IMG/VR virus record: IMGVR_UViG_3300009184_005291
Location: 1-64,000 of that record
DNA length: 64,000 nt
Reading direction: 5' to 3' (one strand)
From: a virus
Shown here: positions 16,740 to 23,671 of the stretch, piece by piece
How positions within the stretch are numbered: position 1 is the stretch's first letter
How the letters are laid out: each line of letters starts with the position of its first letter
Program-made: the position numbers and the translations under genes
The notes under the pieces: generated by a model
The model's input: only the letters and a program-made list of their open reading frames with translations
The model's database searches: none
What the model was told of the DNA's origin: nothing

Positions 16740-16810
16740 ACATCTATGGTGAAATGGCATCATACCGGATTCCAAACCCGTTGTTCCAAGTTCGAGTCTT
16801 GGTGGGTGTG
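16740..16810 (+). tRNA. tRNA-Trp(CCA), weak anticodon stem
   Basis: Loop TTCCAAA, T arm CCAAG-TTCGAGT-CTTGG; two mismatches in anticodon stem. Confidence 0.7.
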
Positions 16811-16812
16811 CA

Positions 16813-16903
16813 AAATGTAAACTTCAGTACCCACACAGCAGTGGAGATGGGCTAAGTTAGATACGATTCCTCGTAGCTGGGAGTAGAATGCTGAAGAACA
16901 TTT
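16813..16903 (+). ncRNA. putative multibranch structured RNA
   Basis: AAATGT/ACATTT and CTTCAGTA/TGCTGAAG closing stems; CCCA/TGGG and TACGA/TCGTA arms. Confidence 0.45.
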
Positions 16904-16910
16904 ATAGGTT

Positions 16911-17033
16911 GATTGGGGAAGGAATGTATGTTAACCTGATGATGGAGGTGGTACATTTGGAGTTTGGAATCATCGTAGTAATGCCAATCGTAAAAGGAGA
17001 TGTCCACTGAACCATCTTCTCCTTTTCCTAATC
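16911..17033 (+). ncRNA. putative four-way-junction RNA
   Basis: GATTGGGGAAGG/CCTTTTCCTAATC closing stem with three internal hairpins. Confidence 0.5.
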
Positions 17034-17101
17034 TTTCAAAAAAAAATAAATAATTTTTTATTTTGATAGAAAAGTTTTATCTTTGTCTAAAATAATAAAT
17101 T

Positions 17102-17530
17102 ATGACCATTTCTGAGACACAAAAAAATAAATTTTATGAGTTAGGGAATACATTACCAAAATGTGTAAATCCTGGATGTGAAAATGATGTTGCAGTCAGA
17201 AACTGGGGAAATTGGTCATTCAAATCAGAATGTTCTCGGTGTCAATCAGACAGAAAAAAGGGATTAATAAGGGAGGGTATCACAATTCATAAAAAAGAAT
17301 ATTGTGAAAATATTGACGGTCATTTAGGATTCAAATGCCCTGTTCCCACAAAAGAAAGTTGGAAAGGGTTTGAAATAGGATGTTTAGATTTGGACCACAT
17401 AAATGGAGACCATAATAATAATTCAATTGAAAATGTTAAAACATATTGTAAATTGTGCCATAATAAAAAGAGCGTCGAAAGCGGCGATTGTTCTAATAAA
17501 AAAAAATCCGCAAGAATTTTTAATCACTAA
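17102..17530 (+). CDS. Cys-rich HNH-type endonuclease
   Basis: CVNPGC, CSRC, LDLDHINGDHNNNSIENVKTYCKLCH. Confidence 0.75.
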   Translation: MTISETQKNKFYELGNTLPKCVNPGCENDVAVRNWGNWSFKSECSRCQSDRKKGLIREGITIHKKEYCENIDGHLGFKCPVPTKESWKGFEIGCLDLDHINGDHNNNSIENVKTYCKLCHNKKSVESGDCSNKKKSARIFNH

Positions 17531-18327
17531 TGGAACAAAAAATTATTCATGAAGATTGTATTCAGGGGCTTAAAAAAATAAAAAATGAGATTATAAATCT
17601 AACATGGACATCACCACCATATTATAACGCTAAATCATATAGTGAATGGCCAACATATCAAGACTATCTTGATTTCTTAAAAGATGTTTTCTCTGAAGTT
17701 TTTAGAGTTACTTTGCCAGGTAGAATGTGTATTGTGAATCTTTCACCTGTAATTGTTCAAAGAGAATCTAGATCACATGAAAGTAAAAGATTGGCAATCC
17801 CTTTTCATTTTTTCACAATTATGGAATCTTTGGGTTGGAAATATATTGATGATATTGTTTGGGTTAAACCCGAAGGTTCTGCCATAAATAGAAACGGGGG
17901 GTTTTATCAACATCGTAAACCTGTTGCGTATAAACCTAATTTAGTATCTGAAACTATTTTTGTATTTCAAAAACCAGCGAATTTTTTGATAGACAAAATT
18001 GTTAGGTCATATAATGGTGAAGATTTGGAAAAATCATTAGTTAAAGGTCACTATGAAAGGAGTAATGTTTGGTTAATCAACCCTGAAACAAAATCAAAAC
18101 ATTTAGCTCCATACCCTGAAAAACTATCGGATAATATAATCCAATATTATTCTTTCTACGGAGATATTGTTTTAGACCCTTTTTTGGGATCAGGAACAAC
18201 TTTACTTTCCTGTGAAAAATATGGTAGGAATGGTATTGGTTATGAAATTCATAAGGAATATGTGGAAATGTCTGAAAAAAGAATAGAAGAATATAGAAAG
18301 AACAATAATCAACAAGAATTATTTTAA
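17530..18327 (+). CDS. DNA methyltransferase (SPPY, likely N4-cytosine, beta class)
   Basis: TSPPY, HLAPYP, DPFLGSGTT. Confidence 0.9.
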   Translation: MEQKIIHEDCIQGLKKIKNEIINLTWTSPPYYNAKSYSEWPTYQDYLDFLKDVFSEVFRVTLPGRMCIVNLSPVIVQRESRSHESKRLAIPFHFFTIMESLGWKYIDDIVWVKPEGSAINRNGGFYQHRKPVAYKPNLVSETIFVFQKPANFLIDKIVRSYNGEDLEKSLVKGHYERSNVWLINPETKSKHLAPYPEKLSDNIIQYYSFYGDIVLDPFLGSGTTLLSCEKYGRNGIGYEIHKEYVEMSEKRIEEYRKNNNQQELF

Positions 18328-18364
18328 GAAAACTTACTATCTTTGTCGCGATTTGGACTCTACA

Positions 18365-18389
18365 GCAGGTTCGAGTCCTATCGGTCCCA
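18365..18389 (+). pseudogene. orphan tRNA 3' fragment (T arm plus acceptor 3' strand)
   Basis: GCAGGTTCGAGTCCTATCGGTCCCA with no matching 5' half upstream. Confidence 0.6.
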
Positions 18390-18390
18390 C

Positions 18391-18471
18391 AAGACAGACA
18401 CACGCTTCCCACGGTGTTAAAGTACAAGGATAATGAAGAGAATAATACGTCTCCTAAGGTCTGTCTAAACT
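18391..18471 (+). repeat. 81-nt structured direct repeat, copy 1
   Basis: Identical to 19644-19724; AGACAGAC/GTCTGTCT terminal stem. Confidence 0.9.
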
Positions 18472-18541
18472 GTCTCATGGTGTAACGGTAGCACAAGTCA
18501 CTTTGGTTGACTTAGTTCAGGTTCGAATCCTGATGAGATAT
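18471..18541 (+). tRNA. tRNA-Gln(UUG)
   Basis: AGTCA-CTTTGGT-TGACT; U1-A72. Confidence 0.9.
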
Positions 18542-18594
18542 CAAGTTATTCATGTTCCAAAACATGAAAAAACAGTAAGTTTTGGAACATGAAT

Positions 18595-18679
18595 AGAGAA
18601 TTGCCTGAGTGGTTAAAGGAGCAGATTGCTAATCTGTCATCTCGAAAGGGATGCATTGGTTCGAATCCAATATTCTCTG
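18595..18679 (+). tRNA. tRNA-Ser(GCU)
   Basis: GCAGA-TTGCTAA-TCTGT; long variable arm; G73. Confidence 0.92.
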
Positions 18680-18684
18680 CATTT

Positions 18685-18827
18685 TGTAAGGTGTTGAAAT
18701 TGGCAGACAATCCCCGCCTGTCTCGTGGGGGAGGATCATCTGATAAACGAAGGATAATGGGTTGACCACAATCATGTAATGTCCTTTGGCTAAAGACCTC
18801 GTGGTGGTTCGAATCCATCTCTTACAG
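18685..18827 (+). tRNA. atypical 143-nt tRNA with GUC anticodon and ~70-nt variable arm
   Basis: TGTAAGG/TCTTACA acceptor, CCCGC-CTGTCTC-GTGGG, GGTGG-TTCGAAT-CCATC. Confidence 0.7.
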
Positions 18828-18836
18828 CATAAAAAA

Positions 18837-18910
18837 GCGGGTATAGCTCAATTGGCTAGAGTGCCGTCCTTCCAAGTCGGAAGTTGTGAGTTCGAATCTC
18901 ACTACCCGCT
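18837..18910 (+). tRNA. tRNA-Gly(UCC)
   Basis: Loop CTTCCAA; GCGGGTA/TACCCGC; U73. Confidence 0.9.
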
Positions 18911-18926
18911 CTTTTACTTACAATAA

Positions 18927-19000
18927 TGGAATATAGCTCAGTTGGTTAGAGCGCTATCCTGATACGGTAGATGTCGGTGGTTCGAGTCCACCTATTCCAA
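18927..19000 (+). tRNA. tRNA-Ile(GAU)
   Basis: CTATC-CTGATAC-GGTAG; canonical arms. Confidence 0.9.
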
Positions 19001-19001
19001 C

Positions 19002-19337
19002 ATGGAAAATGTAATCAAGAAAAATAAAAACAAGGTAAAACTTGAGAAGATTGTAAAGGAGTATAATGATGCAAGTTCTTATGAAATTTGGGAGGGTGTC
19101 CGAGATAATTTTATCTTTGGATTCATCGCGGCAACCTTGGTTGTTTTTATCGCAACTCAGACTGATTTGGCGGTTTTAATAGGTTATTTGACTTATTATT
19201 TCTTTATGGGTAAAATTGTTAATAGACCTAAATATGTTACAGATTTGGGTAAGTTAATTGTATTTCCAATACCCTCGGCTCTCGGTGCTTTTGCGGGGTA
19301 TAAACTTTCATATTACTTTTTACAATATTTAAGTTAA
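19002..19337 (+). CDS. membrane protein
   Basis: Three hydrophobic segments. Confidence 0.65.
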   Translation: MENVIKKNKNKVKLEKIVKEYNDASSYEIWEGVRDNFIFGFIAATLVVFIATQTDLAVLIGYLTYYFFMGKIVNRPKYVTDLGKLIVFPIPSALGAFAGYKLSYYFLQYLS

Positions 19338-19435
19338 AAAAAAGGTTTGAAAAAAAACTAAATTATTTGACTCTTCCGTGAAAATTCAATATATTTATAG
19401 TTCGTAAATTAAATTAAAAACAAAAAACAAAAAAA

Positions 19436-19627
19436 ATGAAAAAAATTTTAGTAGTATTCACAATCCTTTCTACAATCGTTCTTGCTTCTTGTGGAGGTAA
19501 GGGTGTTTCAACTGAAGGAACTGATTCTGTATCAGTAGATTCAACTGAAGTAGCTGTTGACACAGTTGCTGTTGAAGTTGTAGATAGCGTTGAGGTTGAA
19601 GCCGATCTAGTTGAGGCTGTAAAGTAA
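19436..19627 (+). CDS. small acidic lipoprotein
   Basis: LASC lipobox followed by DS/DT-rich repeats typical of Bacteroidota. Confidence 0.7.
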   Translation: MKKILVVFTILSTIVLASCGGKGVSTEGTDSVSVDSTEVAVDTVAVEVVDSVEVEADLVEAVK

Positions 19628-19643
19628 TTTTACCACAACAAAA

Positions 19644-19724
19644 AAGACAGACACACGCTTCCCACGGTGTTAAAGTACAAGGATAATGAAGAGAATAATA
19701 CGTCTCCTAAGGTCTGTCTAAACT
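19644..19724 (+). repeat. 81-nt structured direct repeat, copy 2
   Basis: Identical to 18391-18471. Confidence 0.9.
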
Positions 19725-19765
19725 ATCCTATGGTGTAACGGTAGCACAAGAGATTTTGGTTCTCT
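19724..19765 (+). pseudogene. truncated tRNA-Gln(UUG), 5' half only
   Basis: TATCCTA-TG-GTGT AACGGTA GCAC-A-AGAGA TTTTGGT TCTCT, then terminator; no T arm. Confidence 0.7.
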
Positions 19766-19766
19766 T

Positions 19767-19798
19767 AAAAAAAAACCCACCTTTCGGTGGGTTTTTTT
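19767..19798. terminator. bidirectional intrinsic terminator
   Basis: A-run, CCCACC-TTTC-GGTGGG, T-run between convergent units. Confidence 0.8.
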
Positions 19799-21038
19799 AT
19801 AACATCTTTTTTATTTTTTCTATATTCTCGTTTACTTTTTTTCGATTGAATGGGTCTTTCAAAAAGTTTAATACGAATGGGTCAACTTGTTTTTTATCTG
19901 CGACACCACCAAATCGTTTTTCAGTTCTATCACCTTCTTTGTTATATTTATCTTGGAATATGCTGAGAGGAGCCTTCATTAATGCTGCCATTAATGGATC
20001 CCAATATTCAGGTTCTGACGAACCTTTCTTTTTTTCAGTGTCTTTTTCAACTTCTTTTCCTATTGTTTTTACATTCTCATATGTAATAGGTATTCTAGAC
20101 CATTTATGATCATACAATGTAACCTCAACATCAGAATCTGTGTTACCTAATACACTACCGGCACTTACAACATCTCCAGTTGAAAGGGAAGGATTTGATA
20201 TTCCACAATATTGTAGATATTTGGTCCCATTATTATCATATTCAATTGTTGTCTGATTTACACAACCTGAAAAAAATTTTCTATTATTAATTTTTCCCGA
20301 AATAGGAGATTTAATTTTTGGATTGTCATCTTTTGGAATTATAATTCTACCATATCTGTCCGAGGTATTTTTCCCAAAATTTCTATTTTCAAATATCCCT
20401 AGTTTTTCATAATTTACGTTACCGACTAATGGTGCGTATTCTGTTGGGCCACTTGGTCCAAATGAAATAACATCTGACACGTCGCTCGATGATGTACTCG
20501 AACTTGTTGTTGTTCCTGATTTTTTTTCTGGAGTTGTGATAGGGCCTGTCAAATTTATCCCTTCTTTGTTTAAGTAGTCCATCGGATTAATCGGTTGACC
20601 ATCTTTTTCCAATCCAAAGTGCAAATGTGGCCCATCACTTCTGCCTCGTCCAACATCATTCGGGCCTCCTCCGCTTATACCTATAATGTCGCCTTGTCTT
20701 ACTTGTTGACCAGGAGAAACATTAATTTTTTTCAAATGACAATATTTAGTTTTGAACCCGCTAGAGTGATTGATTTTTACAGTACCTCCACAATCATCAT
20801 CCAATATTGCTCCAACTTCTACAATACCGTCGGCTGCGGATTTGACATTTGCATTATTCGCAGTCAAATCTACTCCACGATGAAGTCTTCCCCACCTCGG
20901 GCCAAATGGTGAGGTTACGGATGTATTATCCACAGGAGAAATAAACGCAGCCTCATTAATTGATGAAACTTCTTTGATAGAATTTTTTAACAATTCAAGT
21001 TCCTCAAATATTCTTGAAATATTTTTTTCGATACTCAT
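19797..21038 (-). CDS. M23-family peptidoglycan peptidase domain protein
   Basis: HRGVDL, YCHL, GPHLHF motifs; second degenerate M23-like domain; start moved to 21038. Confidence 0.85.
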   Translation of the reverse strand: MSIEKNISRIFEELELLKNSIKEVSSINEAAFISPVDNTSVTSPFGPRWGRLHRGVDLTANNANVKSAADGIVEVGAILDDDCGGTVKINHSSGFKTKYCHLKKINVSPGQQVRQGDIIGISGGGPNDVGRGRSDGPHLHFGLEKDGQPINPMDYLNKEGINLTGPITTPEKKSGTTTSSSTSSSDVSDVISFGPSGPTEYAPLVGNVNYEKLGIFENRNFGKNTSDRYGRIIIPKDDNPKIKSPISGKINNRKFFSGCVNQTTIEYDNNGTKYLQYCGISNPSLSTGDVVSAGSVLGNTDSDVEVTLYDHKWSRIPITYENVKTIGKEVEKDTEKKKGSSEPEYWDPLMAALMKAPLSIFQDKYNKEGDRTEKRFGGVADKKQVDPFVLNFLKDPFNRKKVNENIEKIKKML

Positions 21039-21077
21039 ATTAATAAATACCCGAGTTAAATAAAAAAAGACCAACTA

Positions 21078-21404
21078 TTAGTCGGCCTTCTTTGTATACG
21101 TAAGTCTTTTAATTTTAACTTGAGTCGGTTCAGGTAATCCTGTTAATAAGGTTGATTCCTCTTCCTTAACTGGTTTTGGGTTTTCATCCGGTTTAACCTC
21201 GGTCAATCCAAATCTAATATGTTTGTACCAAACTCGTTCATGTATGTAATATTGAATTGGTTTCCATACTAATTCAATTATACTAAAGGCGGCTCCTATT
21301 TCTATGGAGTCGGTTACTAACCACATAGTAATAAATCCAATACTCGTACTCAAAATACGATATGATATGGTTTTTGCTAAGTGTCTTTTTGGTGAAACGG
21401 TCAT
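21078..21404 (-). CDS. DUF2061-like membrane protein
   Basis: RHLAKTISYR...YYIHERVW signature (recalled). Confidence 0.75.
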   Translation of the reverse strand: MTVSPKRHLAKTISYRILSTSIGFITMWLVTDSIEIGAAFSIIELVWKPIQYYIHERVWYKHIRFGLTEVKPDENPKPVKEEESTLLTGLPEPTQVKIKRLTYTKKAD

Positions 21405-21445
21405 GGAATTTGTATTAAAATTTATTATAAAATAATAGTATATTA

Positions 21446-21640
21446 TTAACTATTATCAAAGTTAGTTTTGTTTAATTCTTTTATAGTAATTTCATTATGT
21501 TTCCACATTTTCCATGTGTTAAATTCTTTGAGAGATTCTAAAGTTTTTTCATGAACCAAAACAAAACCTTCGGGAGCAACTCCACCAAACTTACGAACTT
21601 CACCTTCTTCTTCCAATATTTTTTTTATGTTAACTAGCAT
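21446..21640 (-). CDS. hypothetical protein
   Basis: 64 aa ORF in operon. Confidence 0.55.
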   Translation of the reverse strand: MLVNIKKILEEEGEVRKFGGVAPEGFVLVHEKTLESLKEFNTWKMWKHNEITIKELNKTNFDNS

Positions 21641-22239
21641 GATAAATATTTTATTATTTTTTCTTTTATTCCACTTTGTTTGATTCCTTCATCACATTGA
21701 GGAGTCCAAACAAAGTTCTCCAATCCCCAATCTCTGTCGTATGGCCCATAATAACTCGCATCAACATGAGTACCCATATGAAGGTCATCAACTGCAACCC
21801 AATGTGTAACTTCGGGATGTGATTTTAACCATTCTTTAATCTCAAAGTGTCTTTCTTGTTCTTGACCATCGGTCCTATTCCAATCAAAATCAGACGGAAC
21901 ACGACCTTCATCTAACCAATTTGTGTAATGAAACACTTCGGTGAATCCGATTGGTTTTTTGATGATACCTTGAGATGTGTAGTATTCTCCCAACTCTTCC
22001 AATGTACCATGTAATCTCCAATCGGAACTTACCACGATTTCAGCACCAGTGGTTTCCAATATTTGATTTAGGATTTTAACCGCCTTTACGTCAAAGTTAT
22101 CGAAACGATACTCAACTGGTAATTGGTTATTATGGTCAAAGACTGGATTTTCACCTAATTTTTTTTGTTTTTTATGTCGGGAACCCCAGTTATTACTGAG
22201 ACAAATTACCCCATCATTATCTAAGAATATTACTTTCAT
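21634..22239 (-). CDS. HAD-family phosphatase (Swiss Army Knife RNA-repair type)
   Basis: IFLDNDGV, IVVSSDWR, WVAVDD motifs. Confidence 0.8.
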   Translation of the reverse strand: MKVIFLDNDGVICLSNNWGSRHKKQKKLGENPVFDHNNQLPVEYRFDNFDVKAVKILNQILETTGAEIVVSSDWRLHGTLEELGEYYTSQGIIKKPIGFTEVFHYTNWLDEGRVPSDFDWNRTDGQEQERHFEIKEWLKSHPEVTHWVAVDDLHMGTHVDASYYGPYDRDWGLENFVWTPQCDEGIKQSGIKEKIIKYLSC

Positions 22240-22240
22240 T

Positions 22241-22588
22241 TTATTTCCAAAATACTTGTACTGAAACAATTATGAATGCTAAAATTAAACAGATTATTGT
22301 CTTCGGAGTCATATTTTCTTGAAACAAGGTAGATGACAAAATTGTGAATATGACAACACCTAAAGCAAATCCAATCAATCTGCTAGGCCAAATCTGACCT
22401 CCAAATCCTTGTACATAAAGATTAACGGATTTGATGTAAAGGTAACTGATTGGAATACCTGATAGTAAGAGTAACCAAAGGTATTTCTCTGACCAACCAT
22501 ATTTGATTGACCCTTGTAGCTGTATAAATGATCCTATTTGACCTAAAATCATTAACAGTGTCGCTAGTATTATTTTTGTGATATCCAT
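22241..22588 (-). CDS. four-TM membrane protein (DMT/SMR-like size)
   Basis: Four hydrophobic helices in 115 aa. Confidence 0.6.
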   Translation of the reverse strand: MDITKIILATLLMILGQIGSFIQLQGSIKYGWSEKYLWLLLLSGIPISYLYIKSVNLYVQGFGGQIWPSRLIGFALGVVIFTILSSTLFQENMTPKTIICLILAFIIVSVQVFWK

Positions 22589-22630
22589 TTTGTAAAGATA
22601 AAAAAAATCCCTTGAATATTCGAGGGATTT

Positions 22631-23077
22631 TTAATTTTTGATAAGGTTTATGATTTTTTTTATTTTCGTTTTATTTTCTCTGACACCTGCTTTGAGAGAA
22701 AGAATTTTTTCTACTTCGAATCGTAAAAGTTCTTTGGAATTTGTTGAGGACACTCCATGTTTGAGAACCTCTTCCACCCCATGGGATCTGTGATACGCAT
22801 CCAAGTGAGTTGAGGACACTCCATGTTTGAGAACCTCTTCCACCCATTCCTCTATAACAGGTTCATATTCTTTCCGTTCCATGCCAAACAACGGAAAAAA
22901 ATCATTGAAGAATGAGTATCTCCACCATAGAACTCCCACACTTTTTAGTTCCAAATACCAATACTTATTTGCACGATCGATGAACCAAATCGAGTTATTA
23001 TCATCCACAATGATTTCAGCCTGACCTAAATCTTGGTCTAACTTTTTGAAAATGATTTTTTTAAGCCTTTCGTGCAT
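22631..23077 (-). CDS. hypothetical protein with internal duplication
   Basis: VEEVLKHGVSST twice (37-nt repeat at 22743 and 22809). Confidence 0.6.
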   Translation of the reverse strand: MHERLKKIIFKKLDQDLGQAEIIVDDNNSIWFIDRANKYWYLELKSVGVLWWRYSFFNDFFPLFGMERKEYEPVIEEWVEEVLKHGVSSTHLDAYHRSHGVEEVLKHGVSSTNSKELLRFEVEKILSLKAGVRENKTKIKKIINLIKN

Positions 23078-23160
23078 ATTGGTTGATGTCTATGTGATAC
23101 AAAAATACTAATATTTTACGTAATTCAAAAATTAAGGTTTCCTTCGAAAGGGAATTAAAA

Positions 23161-23189
23161 AAAAAAGGGAGTCATTGACTCCCTTTTTT
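23161..23189 (-). terminator. terminator downstream of tmRNA
   Basis: AAAAAAGGGAGTCA-T-TGACTCCCTTTTTT. Confidence 0.75.
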
Positions 23190-23197
23190 ATTGATTG

Positions 23198-23610
23198 TGG
23201 AGGTGCAGGTTACCGCCACCTGGTCTTACCCGCCATATCAAAAATGGACTACACGTTTAGGTCAAGGTTTGTGATACCTTCCGAAATAGATGGTTCCTAT
23301 TTTGACATCGTTACCAACAACTGTGTCGAGTTCACTTGTAATAAGGTAGCCCTCTGAACGTGACCTTTGATACGCTTCGGGTGGTATCGCACCTTGGAGG
23401 GCTTCTGTTCCTAGGTTATATGCCCATTCGACCTGACGTTGTATCTACTTATCAAGCAGTTACAACAGATGCTTCTCTAGTTAAACCTAAAGCAGACATC
23501 TTAGCAAGAGTATTGCCGTTTACTTTCTTCACCGTGGATTTAAGTCATAGATGAATTCTGACTACGTGCCCATTGATTATACAAACGTTAATCAATTCTA
23601 TTTCACCCCC
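23198..23610 (-). ncRNA. ssrA: tmRNA
   Basis: 5' GGGGGTGAAATAGAATTGA; 3' GACCAGGT-GGCGGTA-ACCTG-CACCTCC-A; G3:U70 pair; internal tag ORF 23517-23452 with tandem stops. Confidence 0.88.
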
Positions 23611-23671
23611 ATTGTTGTACAAATGTAAGTATAAATATCTCCAAATCCAACCGAATTGATATTTATTTCAT

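Noticed and set aside
16860-16896. TTCCTCG...GGG...GAA resembling an HDV/theta ribozyme after a tRNA
   Set aside because: Could not build P1 and P3, and no catalytic C in the J4/2 position
16936-16990. CTGATGA, possible hammerhead core
   Set aside because: No correctly placed GAAA or stems II/III
18391-18471. HDV-like hints (TTCCCACG loop, CTAAG before the 3' stem) in the 81-nt repeat
   Set aside because: No P1 partner upstream in either copy; kept only as an unclassified structured RNA
14003-18818. Tracked ORFs 14003-14257, 14664-14864, 15221-15436, 15324-15545, 15335-15598, 18546-18818 (also 10733-10948, 23175-23554)
   Set aside because: Shadow frames over tRNA, intron or tmRNA sequence
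18365-19765. Split or permuted tRNA from the 3' fragment (18365) and 5' fragment (19724)
   Set aside because: Acceptor strands TATCCTA and CGGTCCC are not complementary
22743-22845. 37-nt direct repeat with 29-nt spacer, CRISPR-like dimensions
   Set aside because: Only two copies, 66-nt in-frame period inside an ORF, no palindrome and no cas genes; an intragenic duplication
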